A stretch of 64,000 nucleotides of DNA from Amphiscolops sp. MND2022 (lineage: Eukaryota). Made by a program: the position numbers and the translations under genes. The stretch spans positions 98,024,001 through 98,088,000 of the forward strand of contig OZ076409.1 in the NCBI GenBank assembly GCA_964187785.1, given 5' to 3'. Below, piece by piece: positions 40,051-51,845 of the stretch. The notes under the pieces are model-generated. The model was not told the origin of the DNA, searched no databases, and saw nothing but the letters and a program-made list of their open reading frames with translations. Positions within the stretch are counted from its first letter, which is position 1. Each line of letters starts with the position of its first letter.

Positions 40051-40387
40051 CAGAGTTTTGACATCGCTATTTTTTTTCGCTAATCGCTAAACCGCCAATT
40101 TCAAAATCGCTATTTCGCTGAAAAACTTTTTCTTCAATCATTAAGTGTTTCAACCATGAACAATAACTTAATTCAATTTTTGCAAGAAAAAAACTAGATT
40201 TTTTATACTATGTGGGTTTTACAGATGAAGAGTTGGTATTTTTCGAAATTTTAAAACTCCTGGTATTTTCCTAGGAAATTTTGAATTTGAACAGTTTATC
40301 AGTTGCCGCTAATTTGAATCGCTTATAGAATCGCTGAAAAAAATCTGCGCGGCCGCTAATTCGCTGATTAGCGGTGTCAAAACTCTG
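40051..40387. mobile_element. hAT-type MITE with intact TSD
   Basis: 19-bp TIR CAGAGTTTTGACATCGCTA / TAGCGGTGTCAAAACTCTG (one mismatch); 8-bp TSD GTTGGTTG (40043-40050, 40388-40395). Confidence 0.88.
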
Positions 40388-40399
40388 GTTGGTTGCAAC

Positions 40400-40556
40400 C
40401 TTGATGTATGAAAAGGTGCTCTGTCCCTCTGCCTTGGCGTTGGCACGCAGGTGTTTGTAGGCCAGAGCCAGAGTGGTGCCCTCTGTGACGAGGGCGAAGC
40501 CCAGCATGGCGAAGGAGAAGGAAAAGTTGGTCACCGGCGCGGGGTGCAAAAACATA
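40400..40556 (-). CDS. SLC30A9: SLC30A9 exon (TM4 region)
   Basis: Acceptor gtgtttcag|T (phase 2). Reads MFLHPAPVTNFSFSFAMLGFALVTEGTTLALAYKHLRANAKAEGQSTFSYIK. Donor AAG|gttgca (phase 0). Confidence 0.9.
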
Positions 40557-40598
40557 CTGAAACACAACACGTGAAACACAAGACATGATACACACAAT

Positions 40599-40925
40599 CA
40601 GGGTGGCCAACAAAAAGTGACCCAAATCATAAGAAAAAATTACTTTTCAATTAAAAAAAGTTACGTAACGTTTCTTCAAAAAACATGTTGTAGTAACCAT
40701 AAATTGTAATAGGAACAAAATGTTGAACGGATAGATATCTGAGATAGGAATACACATAAGCATTCAAAACTTATTATTGCGTAAAGAAAGAGTCAATGGT
40801 ATTTCCAGATAAGACGTTTGTGACATGCCAGATAATGATACATTATAGAGCAAACAAATAAATGTTCGTAAAAAAAGCGACCAAAAAGCGACTTTGGGAA
40901 AAAAGCGACCCAACTGGCCACCTTG
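40599..40925. mobile_element. hAT-type MITE
   Basis: TIR CAGGGTGGCCA / TGGCCACCTTG; 8-bp TSD CACACAAT/TACACAAT (7/8); subterminal AAAAAGCGAC repeats. Confidence 0.75.
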
Positions 40926-41579
40926 TACACAATCTTCAAAGAAAACACCTCGTAAGTTTCACTGATAATAAATCATAACTTGTTTGAAATTCGAGCTGTT
41001 TGAAACTTCCATTGAAAGGTCGGGAGAAAAAGGTATGAGTGCATAAGTAGTCGAAAATTTTTTCCGACTCCTGAAAACACTTCGCAAACACCTTCACTGA
41101 TAATAACTTAATTATTAAAAGGACCGTGCGTACTGAAAAAGCGAATATCTAAAAATAATAATTTTTGTATTCACTGCTTTGAAGGTCGTCAAAAACTTCT
41201 TAGCGGAAAATTAAATGAACATACTGAAACAAAACAGATGGACGACATATACAATCTTTAAGGAAAACACCTCGCAAGTTTAGCTGGTAGTAAATCAAAA
41301 CTTCTTTGAAAGCAGTCACAAAGCCTTCAGAGAAATACACTAGGGTAGAGGGTTGGTCAAAATGTGTTTTTTTCTGGTGAATTAAACAAGTTTTATTTGC
41401 CAGGTATTTTGTCATTCTTCTCCAAGTTTTTCGTCTTTTTCTTGGATGTAGGCAACGGTGGCCTGTACTTCAGCTGCACAAAGGTAGTATTACATACTGT
41501 AAAATAAAATGCATGAAAAATTAAAAAGACACATGTTTTTTCGCGCGTTTAAAACATGTTTTTCCACCTGTGTTATAGT

Positions 41580-43460
41580 TTTTGAGGCTTCGAGCGAGCG
41601 AAGCGAAGCGACGAAGTCTCTATTGTTCCGCGTTTACTAGCGTTTTGGTTTTTTTTCGCGTGACATACCCTCTGCATTTGTATTAATTGAAGGCTATTTT
41701 CTCAGAGCCTATTTTTCCGCGACCATCCAAACATTCCAAAAAGAAACGCAACTTGATGCTCTTTCTAACCGTGTAAAAACTTTCCGAAAATTTTCCACCG
41801 GCGCGATTTTATTAGCTTCGAAAGCGCGAAATTTTCGAAAATTTTTAGGGTTTTTGTCGATTTTGCTATTTTTCTTTCCGCAAACCACAGCGAATTGGCC
41901 CGATGTAGGTACTAACCGACGTAAAACGATGTTTTCTTTAATTTGGTGAAAGTTTTTTTATCCTAGAATTATTGGGCTTTGCGAAAATGACCATTAAAAA
42001 TAGGAAAAATTTTCGGTCTTTTTGCGTAAAAAATTTCTCAACCTATTTTCAAGTAGCAATCAGTTCTAATCCAAGCAGTGGTGTTTCTACTCGATAACAG
42101 GTCTGCTTAGCTGCCCAAAGTTAGAAATTGGAAAGTCACAACGTTTACGTCGGACAGATAGAGACAAAAAAGTTTTCAAATTTTTTGAATTTTTGATAAA
42201 TTGCTCTCTTTATTCAATTTTGTAAAAGTTTTGGCCTATTTTCTCGGAGCCTAATACTTCGAGACCATCCAAAAACTCAACAAATTGTTGGAACTGAATT
42301 TGTTGGTGAAGATTTAAATGTTGTTGGATTTTCGGGCAGTTCATTGTATATTATACAAATTGTGCTTTACTACGAATCTTGAAATTAATGAAAATTTGAT
42401 CCTTCAATTTTTAAATATACATTTTCCAAACTAATCTTAGGAAGGAGTGAAATAGACGAAGTTACCGGATCGGTCTTGTAAAAATGCATAGATTGCGGTC
42501 TGATTACCCCTAGTAACCCTCCTACTGTCTTATTTGCACGGCTGTTGTTAAAAATGCTGACTTCATCCTTGGAAGGTTTTTATTTATTTATACTGCTAGT
42601 AGAAAATGTAAAAATGCTCGAAGACCTATCGGCAATGTACATTGAATCATATACTCCATAATTGCTCATTGATTTGCTTTGTCTCATGCCTGTAAAATTT
42701 TCGGTGAATAGTTTTTTTGTCCATTTTTGATGTCAGAAACCAAAGTTTTTTTCAGACCTCTCGATGTATGGGTTTTCGAGAGTGAGATCATATTGGACCA
42801 CTGGAGTACATACTCACCGTTAGTTATTGATGATGTGGTTGTTTGAAGCGTAAAACCGCGAAATTTCCGTTCTTAACGTATTCTATCCAGTGAATATCTC
42901 CACAGAAGGTATTATGCATTACCGCAATATTCCTAAGAGATTTGATGTCATATGCAACGATTAAATCAAGACAACACTAAGTTGTATTCACACCTCGCTG
43001 TGCAATGATATTCAACTACGTTGTATTGAAAACAAAAATGATTTCGGATCTTTTCGTGATTTTGCCCCATTCGCAAATTTTAACAGGTTATTCATCCTCT
43101 GGAATACGTTTCCAACGGTGCCCACTGATGCTGGAAGGTTGTTTGATGCACAATTCAGCTAATTTTTAGAACTGAAAGTATACTTGCTAGTGATGGCACA
43201 TATCAACCGTCCTATTGATAACTAGGGCAGCCCTTCCTTTTATATAGTGGTAAAGGCCGAAAAAGTTAAGCTTCATAGGATTAATACCCGCAATTCTTTT
43301 CAATTTCATTGTATTTTGAGCATTCTCGTGCCGTATATAACCTTAGCTATTCGTCATAGCTAATAACTTGGTAATATGGTTCAAATGCACATGATGATAG
43401 TCAATTATGGCTGCGGGACCTGTCGCTCGAAGCCGTGCGCAAATTCCTTTGCACCTATGT
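41580..43460 (+). mobile_element. Second Helentron-like element (~1.9 kb) with degenerate interior
   Basis: 12-bp subterminal inverted repeats GGCTTCGAGCGA (41586-41597) / TCGCTCGAAGCC (43423-43434). The latter is followed by a GTGC...GCAC hairpin and T-run; the 5' end has CGAAGCGAAGCG. Confidence 0.5.
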
Positions 43461-44278
43461 TTTTACATTTTTCCAACCCTGCTAGTGTACCAGGAAGATG
43501 AAGACACTCGATTTCGCTGACAAAAAAAAACCAAAGCGCTATATCTTTTAATTTATTCATCTTACAAAAAAGTCTGAAGAGTAAAAATCTCAAATTTCGA
43601 AATCAAACAAAACCAGAGAACTGCATGTGTGGTAGTCGGAAAGGATTAAAATATTCAAATAAAAATTGCATACTTTATTGTCATTTGGTCACTTATGGAC
43701 TAATTTTGGCTGTTTCTCACATCCCAGTCATACGATTTTGATGTCATTGTCCACATAGGACCCTAATATGGTGCAGAATAATTGAAAAAAAGTTAGTTCG
43801 AATCGTATGGAGTTTTCGAAAATTTCAAATTTTTAAAGGAAGGTCGGAAGAAAAAAAGTACGAGAAAGCACTAATTTTCATTGGGCATTCACACGGTTTT
43901 TCAAGAAATTCAACAGCTTCCTGTTTCGAGTCACAAAAACAGTAAATTCGAGCACAATTACAAAGGGTGTGAAAAATGTTTTGTTCAAACAAAGAACTAT
44001 CCTAATTGTCGGTAACTTCCTGTTATGGGAGAACATTTTGCTTTTGATTAGACCAGTCTGAAGTTTTTTTTGGAAATTTTCTTGAAAACTTTTGATGGTG
44101 GAGGGAGGGTTGTTTGGAACAGAAACGAGCCAATAAGTTAATTATTATGGATTCAACAAAATGTAGGGGTTTATAACCCTCCTATACGAAAGCACTCGAT
44201 CAATCGCCAAGAGTCAATATCTTCACTGACACTGTAGCATCAAGAACAGTAGGAAGAGTAGGAGTGAGAAGTACCAAC

Positions 44279-44486
44279 GTGATTCCATGGTAGTACGAGA
44301 GCCCGGAGCCAAGACAGAAAACTGCGCATCCACTGATGAGGGCCGTGACGTTCTGCAGATTGGAGTAGCCGTACGGGTGCTCCTCGTCCGCCTTCTTACT
44401 CGACTTGAGCTTGCCGAACAGCAGAATCAGCTGGTTCAGGGTGTCCGCACACGAGTGGATCGCCTCCGCAAACATCGCACTCGACC
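44279..44486 (-). CDS. SLC30A9: SLC30A9 exon (TM2-TM3, HxxxD metal site, HPYG motif)
   Basis: Acceptor gtttcag|GG (phase 1). Reads SSAMFAEAIHSCADTLNQLILLFG...EHPYGYSNLQNVTALISG...YYHGI. Donor AC|gttggt (phase 2). Confidence 0.95.
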
Positions 44487-44546
44487 CTGAAACTACCCGC
44501 CGTTAGATCCACCAAGCTTAAAAAAGATGACATAACATTCAATTCA

Positions 44547-45092
44547 TTTTTAGTCGTCGTTTTCGAAGAAAATGCACGACTCTTACAGTGGCTAGTTTTT
44601 TTCGTCAGTTCAACGTGATCGGTCCATTTTTTGTTCATTTGTTCAACATCATCAACTTGAACTACGGACGTCCAAAACATACCCGAAACACCAAAAACTC
44701 GCCCAAAACAAAAACATCGACATCCAGAACCTCGAAAACATAGGATCCCCCTTTGGTGTTTTTCACTTGGATTTGTTTCGGCATTATGCGACTTTTTTTG
44801 AAATTTTTTGGATTCCACCAAAGGGTCTCCCCTTCAATTTTTTTATATTTTGCAACACAATGGATGTCAAAAAATCCCAAAGGGTCCCCCTTTTACAATT
44901 TTCGGCATTGTGACACTGTTCAAAAATCTCATTTTAAAAATTTTTCGGATATTTTTTAAAATCGCCCAATGGCCCCCTTTTAATTTTTTTTATATTTTGC
45001 AACCAACTGGAGTTTCACAAAGCCCAAAGGGTACCCTTTTTACAATTTTGAGACTAAGATACAGCGCCGACTTTGGCCGTTCCCGGCTTGTT
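44547..45092 (+). mobile_element. Helentron/DINE-1-like family A copy
   Basis: TTTTTAGTCGTCG 5' end; AGCGCCGACT-TTG-GCCGTTCCCGGC-TTGTT 3' end. Confidence 0.65.
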
Positions 45093-45460
45093 GAAATTGA
45101 ACCGAAAAAAAAACAAAAATTGTGGAAAACTGTAGAAAAAAAACTATTGTCAATTTTTTGAAAGCGAAAACAGATCGGTCAATTTGTGTGGCTCGGATTT
45201 CCTTCTTCGGGGAGCTTCGAACCCGTCATGTCAGCCTTCCTCGAAACCAACCGTTTGGCTAGTAGAGCCAAAGGCGTATGTAATCGTCGCTGATCACAAT
45301 AACATTTTAGCATCACAAGAAATTACCAGATGGGACAAAACTATCTCCGTTTCTGTGTTTTGGACGTCATTTATCCATACGACCAACATCACCAAAGAAT
45401 GTTTTTTGCACAAATCGGGCAGAATGCCGTTTCGAGAAAATGTATAGGAAGGGTTATTAG

Positions 45461-45856
45461 TAGGGATGTACCGGAATGCGTTTTTGAGTTCCGGCCGGAA
45501 CCGGAACTCGATTTCCAGTTCCGGCCGGAACCGGACCGGAACATTGATTGTGCTATCCTACATTTACGTAAGATGTTTTTTGCTTTGTATCATCACCTCT
45601 GTCATCTGTTTATTCAGAAAGGCTGTTCTCCGAATTCGGAAACATATATGAAGAAAAAAGAAGCAGACTTCTTCCAGAAACTGGCGAAAAACTTTTATTT
45701 CTTCACCATAATCTGAAATTGTTTTAGTCAATTGTATCAATTTATGAAACAATTTAAAACAATTTGGAAACAATGCTGTTTTTAAGAGAATTTTGTTCCG
45801 GCCGGAACCGGAACTTTTTTGAAATCCGGCCGGACCGGAATTCCGGTACATCCCTA
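45461..45856. mobile_element. hAT(Ac)-like MITE
   Basis: Perfect 17-bp TIR TAGGGATGTACCGGAAT / ATTCCGGTACATCCCTA with CCGGAACCGG subterminal repeats. No matching TSD; the right flank is a truncated family A copy. Confidence 0.72.
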
Positions 45857-46297
45857 GTGACCAAAAGAATTCTACAAAATTTTATGGTGTCAAATTGAAC
45901 CATTTGGCCTGGCGAACAGAATGAAAAAAAATTTCCTTTTTTTCGCGTAACATACAATACCGGGCGAGACTAAAGACAAGAGTTTTCTTCGGCATTGTGG
46001 GACATTTTTTCGAAAAAAAAATTATCCCCGAAGGCTCCCCTTCAATTTTTTTCGGAATTTTGCGACAGAATGGATTTTGAAAAATCCCAGAGGGTCCCAC
46101 CTTTCAATTTTTTCGGCATTGTGAGACTTTTCCAATTTTTTTTTCATAAAAGGGTCTCCGATTCACCAATACTTTGACAATTTGAAGTCCTTTTGCTATT
46201 TTTGAGCCTTAGATTTGGCGCTGACTTGGGCCGGTCCCGGCTTGTTATTTTAAGACAGGGAGTAAGATACGAGAGAAGTGTAAGAGTACTGACTGAC

Positions 46298-46391
46298 CTG
46301 AGAGGGCACAAGCTGCGAACTTGCCCCCGGCATTCACTGCATTGACCAGTACGGCCATCTTCACTACCCAGAGACTCTTGTGCGCAATCGA
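46298..46391 (-). CDS. SLC30A9: SLC30A9 exon (TM1; frame not in the ORF track)
   Basis: Acceptor gtttccag|TCG. Reads SIAHKSLWVVKMAVLVNAVNAGGKFAACALS. Donor G|gtcagt (phase 1). Aligns with ZnT9 TM1 (VV..A...N..N...KF.A). Confidence 0.88.
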
Positions 46392-46976
46392 CTGGAAACG
46401 AGACCACTATTCACCAAATATCCCTCTACACGGCCCGGGATGGGAAAATTTTTTTCCCAAAAAATGTGTTTTTTTGAAAATAAAACATTTCGAATTATCT
46501 GTTCGAAAAAAATGATAAATTTTGTGCTTTGTCCACGCCAAGACGTGATCGCAGCGTCCCGTTCACTTTCACGAAGCATCAGTAAACTTTTATAAAATGA
46601 ATACTCAAGAATGAAAAATCGAAAAAAAAAAATTCATGTGTTTAAAACATGTTTTTTATAATTTTGTTTTTCTTGTCTCTCAATGTAAACTCTTATCCAT
46701 TATATTGTACTGCCCTTTGATAAATTAAGTTATTATATTTTTACCTTATTCTTATAAAGGGGGACCGTGCGAAGCGAAACTATGTTGGTCTGCAACAGGA
46801 ATGATGGTCCAGAGTTCAAAGGGGCAATTTTTTTGTGAACGTGTTTTTCGTGAACGTTTTAATGGTTTTTCGCCAACCCTGTACAGGGCATAGTAATATT
46901 TCTACTTTAGGCTACAGTAACCATTAACTTCAATAAGAACAAGCCGGGAACGGCTCACGTCGCCGCCACGCTCAAG

Positions 46977-47513
46977 TTTTTAGTCGGCGCCTTTTCCCTT
47001 AAGGAAAAAAGCCCGACTCTTACAGTGAGTAGTTTTTTTTTGTTTTTTTTCAGTTGACAATCTCACTCTGAGTGGTCCACTTTTCTTACAATTTTTGTTC
47101 ATCTTTCATATTTGTTCATCTTCCATCTTCGACCCAGCCGGAGAGCGTGGGTTCGATTCTCGCACTAAACCATAATATTTTTTAATGCTTCCAAAAGTAC
47201 ATGTGAGACCAAAGGGTCCCCCCTTTGTGTTTTTTCGGCACTATGCGACTTTTTTCGAAAATTTTCGAAATTTATCAAAGGGTACCCCCTTGAATTTTTT
47301 TGAACTTTTCGGTTTGTAGAAAACGTTGAATGAGCCTGAATGGCCTATTTTTGAGTTTTTCGGCATTGTGCGACCTAAAAATACTTTTTTTCGAAAAAAA
47401 ATCAAAAAAATTTTTTTTGAAAAAAATTTTTTTTCCAAATTTTTCCAATAGTTGTTCCTTGAATATTTTTGAGCCTAAGATATGGCACCGACTTGGGACG
47501 TTCCCGTCTTGTT
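46977..47513 (+). mobile_element. Helentron/DINE-1-like family A copy with tRNA-like internal segment
   Basis: Family A ends with GACG-TTCC-CGTC hairpin; internal GTGGGTTCGATTCTCGC near 47148. Confidence 0.65.
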
Positions 47514-48477
47514 TAAATTTGCAGTGACATTATTGTTAAAATTTTAACAAATTTACAGTGCCGAAAAATACCTGAAGGGATACGCATAAGACTCGAAAAC
47601 CCCTTTACCCCAACTGGAAAAATCAAAACTGAATTTTTCAAAAAATGAATAATTTCTTAATAAATAGGTAAAGTCCTAAATACTGCCAATATCGAAAAGT
47701 ATACAAGTCACCCAACCCAATTCTATAGATCTTAAATAGATCTTAAAAGTAAAAGCTTCCTGGTAAATTAGCGAATTTGATAATTGCGGTTTAGCGGAAA
47801 GTAAAAATAGAGCGATTTCAAAACCCACGTTGAAGTCAGCTAGCTATGAAATTTCATGGTTGACTGTCAAATGAAATACAGGCCCTTTTCTGTCCCCCCC
47901 CCAACCACCAAAATTTTTGAAAATAACTTTCCTTAAAAACTTTAGACTAGGCTAATTAAAAGTAAGACCTTTCATAACAGGAAGTTAACTTTTATTAGAA
48001 CAGTTTTCCGCTTGAACAAAACATTGTTCACACATTTTGACGATAATTATGTTCGTATTAAGTGTTTATCGGTGACTCAAAACAGGAAGCTGTTGATTTC
48101 TTTATCAAAAATGCGTAACTACTTAATGAAAAAGTGTGAACAACGTTTGTATCTGAATCCTTAACTATCATCCTGAGAATAAATTTAAAACTGAAGCTTT
48201 CTGGTTTGTATTCAAATCTATTTGTTATAATATTTTCACTAATTTTCCAAAAAAAATGGTGGTAGGGGGGGAAACAGAAAAGAGCCGAAATAGACCATGA
48301 GATGAGAATGAAAAATGACAGGAAATGTATGTGATCTTCTAGACGAACCGCTCAATATTTTAGGGATAGCGAATTAGTCTTACTCTTTCCTGATGTGTGG
48401 TTAGTTTCACCACTCTTTTGAAAAGCATAGATCAGAAGAAGCCAAGACTGAAGCCAGAGTAAAAGATGCACACTAAC

Positions 48478-48657
48478 TTCGACTACCACAGTTTTATCGG
48501 GTTGCGATGTTTTCTTCTCGTTCAGACCGCCGTACAAAAACTTGAGGTGCTTCAAATCGTTCTCAAGTTTCAATCTATCCGCTTCCAATTTGGCAATTTT
48601 CTCCAAACTTCCATGAACACAAACAGCCTTCTTTTCCACGTCTCGGATATTATAGAC
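48478..48657 (-). CDS. SLC30A9: SLC30A9 exon (N-terminal soluble domain)
   Basis: Acceptor ctttgctacag|GTC. Reads VYNIRDVEKKAVCVHGSLEKIAKLE...KTVVVE (cf. ZnT9 VY..SDVE.K...VWGS.E.L). Donor GAA|gttagt; 180 nt. Confidence 0.85.
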
Positions 48658-48738
48658 CTGTAGCAAAGACAACAGTTCTTTTAATAAAAAAAGGATTGTG
48701 CGTACTGAAATCCATTTTTCATATCGGAACAAGTACGA

Positions 48739-49254
48739 AACAAGCCGGGAACGGCCCAAGTCGGCGCCATATCTAAGATTCAAAACGAGCAAAAGGACTT
48801 CAAAGTGTCAAGTATTCTCTTCTACGTACCCGCATGAGGAAAAAAATTCCGAATGTTTTTTGAAGTCTCTGTTAAGTCGCAGTGTCAAAAAATGTAAAGG
48901 GGGACCCTCTGGGATTTTTGAACTTCCATTCTGTTGCAAAATATAAAAAATTGAAAGGGGACCCTTTGGAGTTATTAGAAAAATTGCAAAAAAAAGTCTC
49001 ACAAAGCCAAAATAACATGTACAAAAAATTTGGTCTATGGCGAGACTCGAACCCACTTCCTTCTGCTTGGCAGACCTCAAAAAATTCCTAATTAACCTCT
49101 ATGCCAAGTGGCAGTAGAAGTTACCAGTTTAGTGTGGCAGTTAGTGGAAGCAACAGCTTATAAAGCTTATGAAATCTGTCACGTCGTTGGTCTTTAAAAA
49201 AAGAAAAGCCAGTGCTATAGTCTGCAGTTTTCTACGAGAAGCGCCGACTAAAAA
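48739..49254 (-). mobile_element. Helentron/DINE-1-like family A copy with tRNA-like internal segment
   Basis: Family A head and tail; internal TGGCGAGACTCGAACCCACTTCCTTCTGCTTGGCAGAC at ~49038-49075. Confidence 0.65.
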
Positions 49255-51006
49255 GTTCGTGCTAAAAGGAGGGCGAGTCGGAAAGAGTTGAAGAGGGTGT
49301 CGTGTATACGCTGCAAGCTGCAGAGCCTCCTCGCAGTGTCACAGTTCTGTTAATCATTACGACGCCCATCGGGGAAAATCTGTTGCAGTCTCACGTGGAT
49401 GCTTCATTTGTATTCTAACACGAGTGTTTTCAAGAATGGAGAAAAGTGGAGTGAAATACTTTCCTGGATTCTTGCACTAACACCTGTGTCACCTGTGAAG
49501 AATGGCCAAACGCAAAATTTCACTTGTTTCTCTGATTCTTAAAATTGTACGGGTTCGTTATTCGTGTTGTGTGGATTCTTCGTTTGCGGATTTGCAAGAA
49601 TCCACAAAAGTATCAATTCCAATTTCTTATACCAATGTTTCCACTAAAGTATATTAGGTGGTATATTTATTAATAAGGTATGATACGCTTTATATTTCAC
49701 TCGCCTAAAAACAAAACTTCATGCATAGAGAGAGGGTGCGCATTATTCAGAAAAAAACAATTCCAACTTCGTTTGGATCTAAAAACCTTTCACAGATGTT
49801 TCAGACGTTCTCAAACAAACAAACCCTGTTTCTCCGAAATAAGGAAATTTCCACCAGTTTTCAGCAAAGCAGCTTGAGTCACTGTATAGGTTGCATAATT
49901 TGCGTCACTTTCAACTATGAAGCGGAAATATGCAGAAAAAAGTATTGCGTTGGTAACGAAGTGGGATTGTTGCATACTAGAACTTGCGTCGGAACCTGAG
50001 AGCAACAATGAAGGCAAAAATGCTCCAAACTTTTGTTTTGAGTCAGAATTCGAAAGGGAATAAAGCTTTAGCTCCAAACTTTTGAGAATGTTCGGTTTTT
50101 TATTATGACTAAGAGATCCACAGAAATTGGTGGCTGTCACCGTTAAAGTTTGTAACTATGAGTTCTAATAAAAGATAACTTCGTTTTTGTTGTGAAGTTG
50201 ATCTATGGGGTGAATTTCGAAGAGTCTGTCGAATTAAGTTGAACAGCTTCGCTCTTCTTCGACCAAAAGAGTTCTGACTCACGGTTCGCCTTTTGAAGTT
50301 TTTCTCTTTTTTTCTTTTATTTGGTATCGAGCGCATCGAAACCAAAAAGTCAATGATGTTCAAATATTTGGCCCGTGTTAAAGTGGGGCTTGTCAGCAAG
50401 TAGACATAGATAGTGTCGATACGCTGCAAGCTGCAGAGCCTCCTTGCAGAGTCAGTGACGGTTCTGTAAAGATATATTTGGAAACCTCGGCAAGTGGAGG
50501 ACTAATTTATAAAACACACCGAATCGCAAAGTAAATGCTCGTCAATTTTATTATATTATCGTTTTCTTATTCATCAACCATTCTCATTGCACAAACGTAT
50601 ATTTCTAGACGAAGTAATTTTAGTCGGCGCTTCATGAAGTGGAACGCGACGTTCATAATGACTTTTTTCCAATCCACACGAACTGACCAAAACAGTTTTA
50701 CGAAACTTTATGGTGTCAACTTGAACCATTTGGCCTACCCAACAGAATCAAAAAGGATTTCCTTTTTTTCCTCGTAACATACAATACCGGTCGAGACAAA
50801 AGGTCGTTTGGGTTTTTCGAAACTCTTTTTGTGAGTTTGATACTTTGAGTTTTTTGACACTTTCATGTCCTTTTGCTATCTTTGAGCCTCAGATATGGCG
50901 CCGATTTATGACTTCCCGGTTTGTTATACAGATCTTATTAACTTACTTTTTATCTAATCCACAGAATAGAGTTTTTGAAGTTTTTGTCAATGAAAGGGGG
51001 ACTAAC

Positions 51007-51174
51007 CTTCATAACACTGCTGTTTGCAACCGCACTTCGCCTGAGACAGAGAGGCAAGTCTGCTAAATCGCTCTCAGCCAGGTGATAATTCCTCATGGCT
51101 CTCACAGGAGTGATGTAATTGCGATCTGTTTTTGTTACGTCATAATCAAACTTTGCACGAGATTTTGGTTTCAC
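51007..51174 (-). CDS. SLC30A9: SLC30A9 most 5' recognisable exon (internal exon; upstream exon(s) not found)
   Basis: Acceptor gtatttag|GTG. Reads VKPKSRAKFDYDVTKTDRNYITPVRAMRNYHLAESDLADLPLCLRRS...MK (cf. ZnT9 NFIT.VRA...F.L..SDL..L....RRS). Donor AAG|gttagt; 168 nt. Confidence 0.85.
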
Positions 51175-51645
51175 CTAAATACACACAAATTCCATTGAAC
51201 AATGAAATCTCATCAGGGCATAAATCAGCAATCAAATTTTATGACAACAGATATACAGATTTATTCTAAATTACACTACTGCCGGGGTTAAATTTTTGAA
51301 GAAAATTCGAGCTCATCATGGATTATTCAAACTTGAATTCAGGGTTGGGAAATTATCAAATCTAAAAGGGCATATTTCTCAGAAATTCATTTCCCGCATG
51401 GCTAGAAATGATAATCATACAGAATGGCACGCGACAGGGATCGAATTTGTGATGGTTGCTATTCGTGGAGCTGATCGAAGACATGTCTTGATTATATTGG
51501 CACATCCTTGGGTTTCCGACGAAAATTCAGTGCTACTTGGTGTTAATTCTACGAGATGCACACAATCGATATTATTGCTAGTGTCAGAATAAGATATGTC
51601 GAATTCACGCTCATAGTCTTGAGGAAATTCTTCACAACAACTCTT

Positions 51646-51845
51646 NNNNNNNNNNNNNNNNNNNNNNNNNNNNNNNNNNNNNNNNNNNNNNNNNNNNNNN
51701 NNNNNNNNNNNNNNNNNNNNNNNNNNNNNNNNNNNNNNNNNNNNNNNNNNNNNNNNNNNNNNNNNNNNNNNNNNNNNNNNNNNNNNNNNNNNNNNNNNNN
51801 NNNNNNNNNNNNNNNNNNNNNNNNNNNNNNNNNNNNNNNNNNNNN
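51646..51845. other. Assembly gap (200 N)
   Basis: Run of N; a round length suggests a scaffold join of unknown true size. Confidence 0.99.
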
